From NCBI GenBank assembly GCA_037200905.1, contig JBBCGN010000001.1:25380-89379 (forward strand): a stretch of DNA of 64,000 bases, read 5' to 3'. Positions within the stretch are counted from its first letter, which is position 1. Each line of letters begins with the position of its first letter. Below are positions 53,381 to 63,900 of the stretch, in pieces. The stretch comes from a bacterium. Its GTDB lineage: Bacteria; Patescibacteriota; Minisyncoccia; Phycocordibacterales; UBA9973. Made by a program: the position numbers and the translations under genes. The notes under the pieces are model-generated. The model was given only the letters and a program-made list of their open reading frames with translations. It was not told where the DNA came from and did no database searches.

Positions 53381-54917
53381 ATGTCGGCATTAACAATAAT
53401 TGTAATCGGAGCCGGAGCGCTCCTCTTGGGCGTTGGCATCGGCTACTACCTCCGCCTCATCATCGCCCTCGGCAAGAAGCGCTCTATCGAGATCGACATC
53501 AAGCAGATGATGGTCGGCGCCAAGGAAGAAGCCCAGCGCATCACGGACGAAGCCAAGAAGAAGTCAGAGGCGAGCCTGGCCGAACTGAAAGACGAAGAGA
53601 AGAAACGCGAGCAGGGAATTCAAGGAGACGGAAAAGCGGCTCATCAAGAAAGATGAGCTTCTCGACGCGCGCCAGCTCGAAGTGGACAAGGAAGTCGAAG
53701 GCATCAAAGGCCAAAGTCGAGGAGATAAAAGAAGATCCAGGAAAAGGTCCTCGGCATCGAGGAAGCCAAGCGCGCCGAGCTCGAAAAGGTTGCCCGCCTC
53801 TCCGAAACGGACGCCCGCGAGGAACTGATGAAAGAAGTCGAGAAGAAATACGAAGGAAGACCTGCTCGTGCGCATCCAGAAGCTCGAGACTGCGAACGAA
53901 GAAAAGCTCGACAAGCGCGCCCAAGGATATTCTCGCCACGAGCATCCAGCGCCTCGCCTCTTCTACCGCGAGCGACCTCATGACTACCACCGTTTCCATC
54001 CCGAACAACGAGATCAAGGGCAAGATCATCGGCAAGGAAGGCCGCAACATCCGCTCCTTCGAGCGCGCCGCCGGCGTCGAGCTCATCGTGGATGACACGC
54101 CGGGCTCGATCGTCATCTCATCATTCGACCCTATCCGCCGCCAAGTGGCCCGCCTCGCCCTCGAGAACCTCATCCTCGACGGCCGCATCCAGCCGGCAAA
54201 GATCGAGGAGCTCGTGGACAAGGCCCGCGAAGAGATCAATAAGATCATCAAGGAAAAGGGCGAGCAGGCGGTATACGAGTGCGGCATATTCAACTTCGAT
54301 CCCCGCATCGTGGCTATCATCGGCCGCCTCTACTTCCGCACCAGTTACGGCCAGAACGTCCTCCAGCACTCTATCGAGATGTCACACATCGCCGGCATGA
54401 TCGCCGAAGAGCTTGGCGCTGACGTGGCTATCGCCAAAGCTGGCGCCCTCGTACATGACATCGGTAAAGGCTCTCGACCATGAAGTGCAAGGTACGCATG
54501 TGGAGATCGGCATGCGCATCCTCCAGAAGTTCGGAGCCGACGAGCGCATCGTCACCGCAATGAAGAGCCATCACGAGGATTATCCGTATGAGACTATCGA
54601 GTCCATCATCGTCCAGGACTGCCGATGCTATCTCTGGCGGCCGTCCTGGCGCCCGCCGCGACTCCGTAGAGAACTACCTCAAGCGCTTGCAGGAGCTCGA
54701 GGCCCTGGTAAATACCTTCCCTGCCGTCGAGCGCTCCTACCGCCCTCCAGGCAGGCCGTGAAATAAGGATATTTGTCACTCCGGACAAGATTTCCGATGC
54801 CGAAGCCAAGCTTATGGCCCGCGATATCGCTATAAAAATCGAACAAGAGCTGAAATACCCTGGCGAAATCAAGGTTACGATGATCCGAGAGACCCCGCGT
54901 CGTCGAATATGCCCGCT
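53381..54917 (+). CDS. rny: ribonuclease Y (multiple frameshifts)
   Basis: N-terminal TM helix, coiled coil, KH domain ([13 protein letters not shown]), HD domain (ALVHDIGK...HHEDYP). Confidence 0.8.
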
Positions 54918-55091
54918 AAAACTCTTAAAATACGTCAAAAATAAGACATTTTTTGGAAAATTGTCAATTTTCTTCGGCTATTGCATTGAAAAACCCTTAC
55001 TATATAATGTATTCGTAGTTTAGGTAGAGGAAAAGCCTCGCCATAGCGGGGGCAAGGTCGAACGTATTACCAAGAGTAACTTTTAAAACCT

Positions 55092-55364
55092 ATGAACAAA
55101 CAAGCATTGGCTGAATGGGTACACGGAAAGCTCGGCGGCACCAAGGTGCAGGCAGAGGAAATCGTTGACGGTTTGTTTGATGCTATCGTCGGCACCTTGA
55201 AGAAGGGTGGCGAAGTCTCAATCGCCGGCTTCGGAATCTTTTCCGTCAAAGGCCGCGCTGCACGTATGGCTCGCAATCCAAAGACTGGAGAGCAGGTCAA
55301 AGTGGCTGCGAAGAAAGTTCCAAAATTCCGAGCTGCAAAGGCTTTGAAGGACGCAGTCGAATAA
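55092..55364 (+). CDS. hup: DNA-binding protein HU
   Basis: ..GFGIFSVKGRAARMARNPKTGEQVKV... Confidence 0.9.
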   Translation: MNKQALAEWVHGKLGGTKVQAEEIVDGLFDAIVGTLKKGGEVSIAGFGIFSVKGRAARMARNPKTGEQVKVAAKKVPKFRAAKALKDAVE

Positions 55365-55389
55365 TCTTTTTATCTCGAGATAAAAACAA

Positions 55390-55422
55390 AAGCACCCGAA
55401 AGGGTGTTTTTGTTTTTCTGTA
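55390..55422 (+). terminator. terminator after the HU gene
   Basis: caccc gaaa gggtg followed by tttttgttttt. Confidence 0.6.
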
Positions 55423-55631
55423 TAAGATATAATCATCAGATGAACGGACACATCCCCTAATATCCTGCTGGGGTACGTAAAATCATTCGTACTCTCCTGG
55501 GTAGTACTGCCTACCGCTGCAGCTATCGTTTTTATAGCCACTGCCTTTGGTGGCGCTGCTCATCATAACTGACAACATATCAGCAGCTCTTCGATGATTC
55601 TCTGGCTGGAAGCTACTCTGGTACGGATGTA

Positions 55632-55889
55632 ATGAAGTTCTTCGGCTTGTTCAGCATAGTATTATATATAATCATGGAATTGCTAAAGCTAGCCGGATTG
55701 AAAATGCAGCCTTCATTTGCAAGAGGAGCCGGTTTCATAAGTACCTTCTACGTTGCAGACATATTACTTGTAGTGCGTCCGGTAGAAAATCTCAAGCTGT
55801 CCGGCTCAAAGAGCGGATTCATCTTCGCATTCATACTCTTTTGGGATAGTATCGATATGCGCCTATCGATTATGGTTTTATCTCAATAA
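55632..55889 (+). CDS. hypothetical small protein (85 aa), AT-rich
   Basis: ORF only. Confidence 0.3.
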   Translation: MKFFGLFSIVLYIIMELLKLAGLKMQPSFARGAGFISTFYVADILLVVRPVENLKLSGSKSGFIFAFILFWDSIDMRLSIMVLSQ

Positions 55890-55909
55890 GATAAAAATCA
55901 GCCAGGAAC

Positions 55910-56489
55910 CTAGTATTTCCTGATTACTGCCTTCAATACCGCATTGATGTTCAAACTGTGCGTCGGGTAGAGGGGCTTGTAGTTCTTGTTCGCTGGTTCG
56001 AGCCACACTTTGTTCCCCTGCTTCCTAAAATATTTCAAAGTAAATTCTCCGTCGATTTCTGCGACGACGATCTGGCCGTCCTTGGCCTGGTCCGTCTTTT
56101 CGACGAGCACGAGGTCGCCCTTTTCTATGTGCGCGTCGATCATCGAGTCGCCATCGACTTCGAGCAGGTATGATTTCGTCTTATCTCGTATTAAAAGACT
56201 GTCGAGCTTCACCGTATCGGCGAGCTCTTCTTCCACGGATGCCGGAAAGCCTGCGGTAACATACCCGAGCATCGGCCACGCTGGAAGTATCTTCCGCGAA
56301 AGTATCTGTCGGCACGAGCCTGCCCAAGTGGTCCTTGGCGACCATGCCGGCCTCCACGAGCTTGTTCACTATCTTATATATGGCATTCTTCGACTTCAGG
56401 CCGAACATGTCCATCATCTCCGAATAGCTCGGCATGCGCCTGTTCTCGGAGTAGAACGATTCCAGTTGTGATTGGTAGGAATTATGCAT
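55910..56489 (-). CDS. lexA: LexA repressor (one frameshift)
   Basis: C-terminal S24 peptidase domain (..VDGDSMIDAHIEKGDLVLV...) and an N-terminal wHTH (..SYSEMMDMFGLKSKNAIYKIVNKLVEAGMV..). Confidence 0.8.
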
Positions 56490-56689
56490 AAATGCTCTTT
56501 CGGAAGAAGAAGCTGACGAGCTTCTCGACGAGGGGTTTGCGGGTTGTGATAGCGGACTTTGCGTAGGATGAGCCTGTGGTCCCTGGCTTCCCTCGAGTAG
56601 TCCATACCTCGTACGATCTTCTGATCGATGATCTTGTTGAGCTTCTGGATCTCCTTCTCTAACATTCTTAAATATTGTGTTTGTGACAT
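56490..56689 (-). CDS. small hypothetical protein upstream of lexA (about 60 aa; the 3' end is uncertain because the annotated ORF runs into lexA in another frame)
   Basis: MSQTQYLRMLEKEIQKLNKIIDQKIVRGMDYSREARDHRLILRK... Confidence 0.3.
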
Positions 56690-56748
56690 ATATTTATATT
56701 GATAATTTGACTAATGCGCAGCCCGACGCGGCTACCCAAACAGTATAG

Positions 56749-56764
56749 GTGAACGAACGTTCAC
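56749..56764. promoter_or_regulatory. Cheo-type LexA box (GAAC-N4-GTTC)
   Basis: gtGAACgaacGTTCac, about 60 bp upstream of the lexA operon start. Confidence 0.6.
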
Positions 56765-56804
56765 TGTCACAAACACTCTGTGGATAACTGCAAACGCCTT
56801 ACTT

Positions 56805-57162
56805 TGCAGAGGTTTTTTTGAGCTTCAAATAAAACAAATATGACGCGAGGGCAAAGACGCCGATGAGCGGGATCCAGTAATCATGCACTGTCTGATTGGA
56901 GTCATGCAGTATTTCGAGCGTCAGCAATCCGGAGGACAAACAGGACGATGGCTTTCGTCAGTGCCGTTTGGCGTGAAGAACCAACAGGCGCTTTGGGCAC
57001 CAGCCCTTTCTCCTTCCTGTTCTTGAAAAAATATATCGTCGCAAAAATGAGGAAAAATACTGCGACAACATAATAGCCGAGCACGGCCGAAATGATGGCG
57101 AATCCGAAGAAAATTTTCTCATTCGACATGCGCAGGCTGTCTTTCATTCCTTGCTTGTTCAT
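56805..57162 (-). CDS. small two-TM membrane protein (one frameshift)
   Basis: ..FFGFAIISAVLGYYVVAVFFLIFATIYFF.. and ..WIPLIGVFALASYLFYL.. recovered across the shift. Confidence 0.4.
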
Positions 57163-57186
57163 GAGTTGATTATAGCAGATACCGCG

Positions 57187-58742
57187 TTATGCGTTTACCT
57201 TCGGACGATACTGCAATGCTTCCAAGATATGATTGGCAGCCACGTCCGGAGAACCGTCGAGATCGGCGATAGTGCGGGCGATCTTGATGACCCGATGATA
57301 GGCGCGAGCCGAAAGGGCCAGGCGCTCGGCGCTGTCATCGAGAATTTTTCTCGCTTCGGCACCAAGCTTCACATGGATTCCGAGATCTTTCACATTCATC
57401 TCGCTGTTCGTCTTCATTTCTCTTTCTGATTTCTTGAATCGCGCTTCTTGAATTTTGCGCGCGCCTGATACTCGCTCTCTTATGCGCTCGCTTCGCTCGC
57501 CTGTCCCCCTCCTCTCCGAGCTTCTTGTAGTCCACAGCACCGACAGAAACCCAGAGGTCGATACGGTCGACAATGGGACCGGAAAGTTTCCTCTTGTACC
57601 TGTCAAATCCGAAGGCTTGCATATGCAGGCTTTCTGTTTCGATCCCGCATTGCCGCACGGGGCAGGGATTCATGGCGGCGACCAGGATGAAATTCGACGG
57701 GAAGATCGCAGAGGCTTTCGAGCGGGAGATGGAAACGATATTGTCTTCGAGCGGCTGGCGCAAGCTCTCGATGACGCGCTTCTCGAACTCCGGAAACTCG
57801 TCGAGGAAGAGCACGCCTCTGTGCGCGAGCGTCACTTCGCCGGGCTTCGGGTACGTGCCGCCGCCGATGAGCGACACGTACGAAGAGGTGTGATGCGGCG
57901 CGCGGAACGGCGGATTGTAGACCAGTTCGCCGCGCGTCGTGCCCGCCACGGAATGGATGCCGGTGATTTCCAGGATTTCCTTAATGGCGAGATCAGGCAA
58001 GAGGCCGGAGAAAGCCCGCGCCAGCATGGTCTTGCCGGTGCCCGGCGGTCCGTACATGGCGATATTGTGTCCGCCGGCCGCGGCGATCTCGAGGCCGCGC
58101 TTGGCGGATTCCTGACCGCGGATCTCGGCAAAATCAGCGCCCTTGAATTCTTTCGCGTAGATTATTTCCGTTTTCGGCTGCAATGGAATCTTTTTAACGG
58201 GCTTGTCTTCTTTAGACCGCGGTGCTTCATCGATATGCTCCACCACCTCGCGCAAACTGCCCGCGCCGAATATTTTCAGACCGTCGACGAGGGCCGCTTC
58301 CACGGCATTCTCTTTCGGCAGGTATATTTCCTCGAAGCCCATGCGCTTAGCCTCCTGCACCAGCGGCAATGCCCCGCGGATGCTGCGCAAGGTGCCGTCG
58401 AGGCCGAGTTCGCCGAGGAAAATCCTCTTCTCGGAATTGAATTTCAAGTCTCCCGGCGGCGAGCATGTACGACAAGGCGATGGCCAGATCGAAGAACGGA
58501 CCCTCTTTCTTGAGGTCCGCGGGCGAGAGCGACACGATGATCTTCTGATTCTTGGCTTTCGGAGACTGGAAGCCGGAGTTCTTGATGGCCGAGCTGACGC
58601 GGTCCTTCGATTCGTCCACGGCCTTATCCGGCAGGCCTACCACGGAAAAAGCGTGCAGGCCGCGGGACAGGTCCGTCTCGATAGTGACGATTACGCCTGA
58701 GAGCAGATTGACTTGTGCGGAGTAAACCTTTGCGAACGCCAT
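57187..58742 (-). CDS. comM: YifB/ComM family Mg-chelatase-like AAA+ ATPase (frameshifted)
   Basis: Lon-like N-terminal domain (..VVGLPDKAVDESKDRV..), Walker A GPPGTGKTMLA, and a C-terminal Mg_chelatase_C domain. Confidence 0.8.
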
Positions 58743-58752
58743 GCCGGCATTA

Positions 58753-59108
58753 TTACCCGTTCATGTGCTTTATGCAAGTGGTGGCCGCAGGGTTGGCTTC
58801 CAGGCGGGCCGGCTCGATATCTTTCTTGCAGACTTCGCACTTGCCGTAGGATTCGCGATTGAGGGCCTTCAGGGCATGGAGCACGTCCTTGAGCCGCGGC
58901 TCGAGAGACCTGATGAGAGAGCTTCGAGATTCGAAATCCTCGAATCTGTCCGCCATGTCGTTCTGATCCGACTCCGGAAAGTCCTGTTCTTCGGAATGGC
59001 CTCCCATTCTCCCGTCTCGGAGTTCAATTTTCCCATATCTTTCAGCTCAACGAGGAGCATATCGCGCTCCGCTTCCAACTTTTCTTTGATTTTCTTTTTG
59101 TCTACCAT
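58753..59108 (-). CDS. DksA/TraR-family C4 zinc-finger protein (one frameshift)
   Basis: CEVCKKDIEPARLEANPAATTCIKH, preceded by a coiled-coil N-terminus. Confidence 0.6.
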
Positions 59109-59169
59109 ATATATGAATATATCATGTAGCCGAGGGAAGGCAATCTTTATTACTGGATAAGTGCCGTTT

Positions 59170-60686
59170 CTCCTTATTTCTTCTTCTGGGCCGATGCGAG
59201 GCGGAGGATGATCTCCCTGGTAGCGCTCTCGGTATCCGTAATCAGCACGGAATTGTCATCGGCGAAGGAATAGAGCAGTACCCACATTGCCGGCATTGTC
59301 ATAGAGCACGCGGGCATTCCTGTTCTGTACCACGCCGTCTTCGAACGGCTTCGTCAGGAGATAGGAGTTGGCATCGGTCACGCCTATGCCCAAGAATCCG
59401 TGCACGTCGGAAAACATCTTGGGTTCCCAGGCGCGCATGCCGTCGAAGACGTCCGCGAAGGAACGCTCGTTCAAGAGCATGAAGAAAACTGATGCCTGTC
59501 GAATCGGAAATCTTGCCCGTGTCGCTGTCGGTGACAGTAGCGGCGCCATCAGGCACCGGAGCAGGCATGGTCATGGACTTGGTCTTGGCCTGGGCGGAAT
59601 ACTGTATGCCCTGGGCCGCATCGAGAAGGCTGTTTTTCTCCTGGGCTGTCATGGCTTTTATCTCCTCGTCGGTATGCGTATCTTTCAGGGAAACCACCCT
59701 TGGCGCTCGAGGTGATCGTCATCTGGGCAATGTCCTCCGGCGCATATGTGGCAGTCAGAACTTCGTTCAGGATATCGAGACCGAGCTTGCGCCTCGATTC
59801 GGCCAGAGCGTCGTTCTTGCTCGAAGGTCGTTCGACGGAATACGTACCGACAACATTGATCTCCGTCGTCGTGAAATCAATGTCGGTCAAAAATAGAGAG
59901 ATCGCGGCTTCGGCTTTGTCCTTGGCATCGGCGTTGATGAATTCCGTCGTGCCCGTCTTGAAGAATGCCGAGCTCTCGAGCGTCACCGGCTTGCCTTCTA
60001 CGACGACAGGCACGGGTGATGGTAGAGGCGTAGTCGCGATTTCTTTTGAATGAAGCGTAGGGACGCCGGAATCGATATAGTAGACAGCGCCGAGGAGGAA
60101 GTTCTCGTTGACGAACGGCATGGTGTCGATGGGCAGGCCGGCTCCGATGAGCGATATGAATTCCCGCAAGCCGATGATCGTGCCGCCCACGGTCGGATAG
60201 ATGCCTTCGACGCCGCCGGGCTTGATGGTAGTGGTCTTCACGAGGACTGCGGATGCTGCCTGCGATGCCGGCCGGATCGAGGCCGTCAATAGGGGCAGGC
60301 TCGGCATGGTCGGTAAAGATGAGCGACTGGTATTGTGGCGCCACGGCCACGGTCTTCAGGCCTTCGGTGCGCTTCCAGATGAGGTACGCGCCGACAACTG
60401 CCGCGCCGATGAGCAGGATGCCAAGAATGATGAACAAGCCGTTGCGGGCAGACCGGCCGGAAGAATTCTTCTTGGCGGCCTCATAGGCCTCCTGCTCCTC
60501 GATCATCTTCTTCACGATGCCGCCCTGATTGCCCTCGACGGCTTTCGTGATGTCGCTGACATACGTCTGCACCGCAGGGCCTTTTCCCGCCATGGCTTGA
60601 GAGACATCGTCGACATACGTCTGCACGCCGTCATTTTTTATTGCGCTCGCGTCGCGCGGCGCAGGGCCCTGATCCTTGGTTTCCAT
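59170..60686 (-). CDS. hypothetical protein of about 505 aa with one TM helix and a large extracytoplasmic domain (at least 3 frameshifts)
   Basis: METKDQ.. start; TM helix LFIILGILLIGAAVVGAYLIW; four collinear protein-like fragments follow. Confidence 0.5.
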
Positions 60687-60774
60687 TTGCCATAAGTATA
60701 GCAAAAATTGTTTATTATTTCTTCGTTCCATTCGGTTCCAAATGAAAAGCAGCCTGCTCGGGGCTGCTCTTTTC

Positions 60775-62898
60775 TTATGGAACGATTTTGGCTTTCTGGA
60801 AGAAGTCCTTGTCGGCTTCCTTGATGGAGAGAGAAATTTTGCCGCGCTCAGGATCGAGCTTGATGACTTTCACCGGCACGATCATGCCTTCTTTTATGAT
60901 GTCGCTCACGCGCTCCACGCGGAACGGAGCGATCTCGGAGATGTGCACCATGCCGTCGACGAAGGGATTGAGGCTGACGAAAGCGCCGAACTCGGCGATC
61001 TTCACCACTTCGCCCTTCAGGAATTCGCCGACTTTGAATTCATGGGTCATCTCTTCAATGATCTGCTTGGCCTTTCCTGCAGAACCGTCCTTGCCAGTGA
61101 GATACACCGTACCGTCATCCTCGATGGTGATCTCGGCGCCGGATTTCTCGCGAATCTCCTTCACGGTCTTGCCGCCGCTTCCGATGACCATGCCGATCTG
61201 ATCAGGCTTGATGTGAATCATCAGGATTTTCGGCGCGTTCGGAGAGATATCTTTTCTCGGCACGGCAATTTCTTTTTCGATGGTATCGATAATTGTGGTA
61301 CGGGCGCTCTTGGACTGGCGCATGGCCTCGCCGAGAATCTTGATCGGCACGCCTTCGACTTTCACGTCGAGCTGGATGGCAGTAATACCGTTCCTCGTGC
61401 CCGCCACCTTGAAATCCATGTCGCCGTGGTGATCTTCGGGGCCTTGGATATCGGTGAGGACTTTGTACGCGGAATCCGATTCGTACATCAGGCCCATGGC
61501 GATGCCCGCTACCGGCGCCTGGATCGGCACGCCGCCGTCCATGAGCGCCAGGATTCCCGCACAGATGGAAGCCTGCGAGGTAGAACCGTTCGAAGCCATG
61601 GATTCGGAAACCACGCGGATGGTATAGGGGAAATCGGATTCCTTCGGCAAGACCATGGCGATAGCTTTTTCCGCCAATGCACCATGCCCGACTTCGCGCC
61701 TGTTGGTGAATCCTGCCCGGCCCGTTTCCCCGGCAGAATACGGCGGAAAATTATAGTGGTGCATGAATCGGCGTTCGGCACTGGTCTGCATGGTATCGAT
61801 CATGTTGCGGTCTTCCGGCCCGCCGAGGGTCAGCACCGACAGCACGTGCGTGCCGCCGCGATAAAATATGCCCGAACCGTGCACGACGGAGGAGAGTCCT
61901 CCGGCCTGGGCATAGAGCTCGCGCAGTTCGTCCATCTTGCGGCCGTCGGCGCGTTTGTCTTCCTTGATTGCTTTCTCGTGAAGCATGTCGTTCTCGGTGT
62001 CATCAAACAAGTTATCTTCGAGTGCAAAATCAGTTCGGTCCGGGTACGTTTCTTTCACCAGCTTGTTCCATTCATTATGCAATTCATCGATCTTGGCCTT
62101 GCCCGGGCCGGCGAAAACGGCCGCTTCCATCTTCGGCAGAATATTCTGCTTGAAAAGCGCCACGGAATCGGCAGAAATTTCTTCTTTCTCGATGACACGC
62201 TTCTCCTTGCCGATTTCTTTGACGATCATCTTCTGGAATTCTTCGAGCTTGGTGATTTCCGCGCTCGCGGCGATAAGTGCAGCTTCGAGCTCGTCTTCCG
62301 CAGTCTGATGTGCAGCCGCTTCGATCATGTTTATATTGCCGCCTTTGCCGCAGACGATCAGGTCGAACTTGTATTTGGAATCGTCGTCGCGAAGAGACTG
62401 CACTGCGTTTATTTTCAGCGTTTCATCATCGTATTTGCCGATGCGCACTGCGCCGATCGGTCCCGCCCAAGGGATGTTCGACACGGACAGGGCGATGGAT
62501 GCGGCATTGACGGCGAGCACCACGGAGTCATTGTCATCTACCGAAAGCACAGTGACGATGATCTGCACCGCATGGCGGATGGACTGCTCGAACAGCGGCC
62601 GCAGGGTGCGATCGATGACGCGCGAGGCGAGAATGGCCTCTTCGGAAGGCTTGCCTTCCCTCTTTACGAAGCGGGAGCCGGAGATCTTGCCCGAAGCGTA
62701 GAACTTCTCCATATAGTCGACAGTCAGGTTGAAAAAACCCAGGCCCTGCTGCTTGTCTTTCGACATGCAGGCAGTGGCGAGCACCACCGTCTCTCCGTAT
62801 TTGAGAAGCACCGAGCCCTGAGCCTGCTCCGCGAGATCGGTAAACATGGCGGTCATGGTCTTGCCGCCGATTTCTACACTAAATTCTTTCTTGTGCAT
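60775..62898 (-). CDS. pnp: polynucleotide phosphorylase
   Basis: Two RNase PH domains, KH (IGSGGKTVKEI) and S1 domain; 707 aa in one frame. Confidence 0.95.
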   Translation of the reverse strand: MHKKEFSVEIGGKTMTAMFTDLAEQAQGSVLLKYGETVVLATACMSKDKQQGLGFFNLTVDYMEKFYASGKISGSRFVKREGKPSEEAILASRVIDRTLRPLFEQSIRHAVQIIVTVLSVDDNDSVVLAVNAASIALSVSNIPWAGPIGAVRIGKYDDETLKINAVQSLRDDDSKYKFDLIVCGKGGNINMIEAAAHQTAEDELEAALIAASAEITKLEEFQKMIVKEIGKEKRVIEKEEISADSVALFKQNILPKMEAAVFAGPGKAKIDELHNEWNKLVKETYPDRTDFALEDNLFDDTENDMLHEKAIKEDKRADGRKMDELRELYAQAGGLSSVVHGSGIFYRGGTHVLSVLTLGGPEDRNMIDTMQTSAERRFMHHYNFPPYSAGETGRAGFTNRREVGHGALAEKAIAMVLPKESDFPYTIRVVSESMASNGSTSQASICAGILALMDGGVPIQAPVAGIAMGLMYESDSAYKVLTDIQGPEDHHGDMDFKVAGTRNGITAIQLDVKVEGVPIKILGEAMRQSKSARTTIIDTIEKEIAVPRKDISPNAPKILMIHIKPDQIGMVIGSGGKTVKEIREKSGAEITIEDDGTVYLTGKDGSAGKAKQIIEEMTHEFKVGEFLKGEVVKIAEFGAFVSLNPFVDGMVHISEIAPFRVERVSDIIKEGMIVPVKVIKLDPERGKISLSIKEADKDFFQKAKIVP

Positions 62899-62907
62899 AT
62901 AGTATGT

Positions 62908-62932
62908 TTGCCCTCCGACCCGGGTCGGAGGG
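62908..62932 (-). promoter_or_regulatory. GC-rich perfect hairpin in the pnp 5' leader (candidate RNase III / autoregulatory site)
   Basis: ccctccgacc cgg gtcggaggg, 10 nt upstream of the pnp start. Confidence 0.5.
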
Positions 62933-63070
62933 GATCGAGTTCCTCTTTAGAATAAAGTATTGTGCCGCCCGGACACGGGAACGGACAGTATCTCTATCTG
63001 AAGACGAACTCTCGTTATATTGATAAGCTTTCACGCTTATCCTAGCACTCGAAAAGAAAAAAGCAACGGA

Positions 63071-63571
63071 TTAGAGCACGTATTTGCGGGAGTTCGCAGA
63101 GAGATCCACGAAGTCATCACAAACTTCCTTGAGCTTCATGGATGTCGATTTGCCGAAGGAGACCACTTCCACCTGCACGCCCATGGTCTGGAGGTATTCG
63201 ACGAGCGGGATGAAGTCCCCGTCGCCGGAGATGATGATGACGGAGTCGAGTCGAGGGCTCATCTTGATGGCGTCGACGGCGAGGCCCACGTCCCAGTCGG
63301 CTTTCTTGGCGCCGCCCTGGAATATCTGCAGGTCCTTGGTCTTGGTCTCGATGCCGAGCTTGGAAAGGGCTTCGAAGAAATTCTTCTCGTCCCCCGCCTC
63401 GGTGGTGATGACGTATGCCACCGCGCGCACGAGCTTGCGGCCGGCCACCGCATCCTTCAATACGGCGCCGAAATTGACCCGGGACTTGTACAGGTTGCGG
63501 GCCGAATGATAGAGGTTCTGCGTATCGATGAAAACGCCGACACGCTGTTCTTTATGCTTGATGACTGTCAT
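63071..63571 (-). CDS. NYN-domain (LabA-like / PIN-related) protein
   Basis: ..VGVFIDTQNLYHS...IIISGDGDFIPLVEYLQTMG.. NYN signature. Confidence 0.7.
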   Translation of the reverse strand: MTVIKHKEQRVGVFIDTQNLYHSARNLYKSRVNFGAVLKDAVAGRKLVRAVAYVITTEAGDEKNFFEALSKLGIETKTKDLQIFQGGAKKADWDVGLAVDAIKMSPRLDSVIIISGDGDFIPLVEYLQTMGVQVEVVSFGKSTSMKLKEVCDDFVDLSANSRKYVL

Positions 63572-63601
63572 ATATACAGTATTGTACCAGAAACGAGGAG
63601 A

Positions 63602-63865
63602 TTATGAGAGGTCGAGCTTCTTTACGAGAGCATCGTAACGAGTCTTGCTCTTGCGCTCCAAGTACTTCAGATGAGTGCGGCGGTCCGCCACCATCTTGAT
63701 GAGGCCGCGGCGAGAGTGGTTATCCTTCTTATGCTTCTTCAGATGCTTCGCAAGTTCGGAGATCTGAGTAGAGAGTACGGCAACCTGGACCTCGGAAGAA
63801 CCCGTGTCTTTGTCGTGTATCTGGATTTTCTTTATGACTGTCTGTTTCTTCTTGGTTGTTAACAT
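63602..63865 (-). CDS. rpsO: 30S ribosomal protein S15
   Basis: ..GSSEVQVAVLSTQISELAKHLKKHKKDNHSRRGLIKMV... Confidence 0.9.
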   Translation of the reverse strand: MLTTKKKQTVIKKIQIHDKDTGSSEVQVAVLSTQISELAKHLKKHKKDNHSRRGLIKMVADRRTHLKYLERKSKTRYDALVKKLDLS

Positions 63866-63867
63866 TG

Positions 63868-63900
63868 CTATATCCTAGCATATATCGAGAAATTTTGCAA
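63868..63900 (-). promoter_or_regulatory. promoter of rpsO, TTGCAA-N17-TAGGAT, with the -10 about 6 nt from the ATG
   Basis: The reverse complement reads TTGCAAaatttctcgatatatgcTAGGATatagcaATG. Confidence 0.4.

Noticed and set aside
55430-55630. Possible small membrane-peptide ORF (..LLGYVKSFVLSWVVLPTAAAIVFIATAFGGAAHHN*)
   Set aside because: No ATG, GTG or TTG start in frame.
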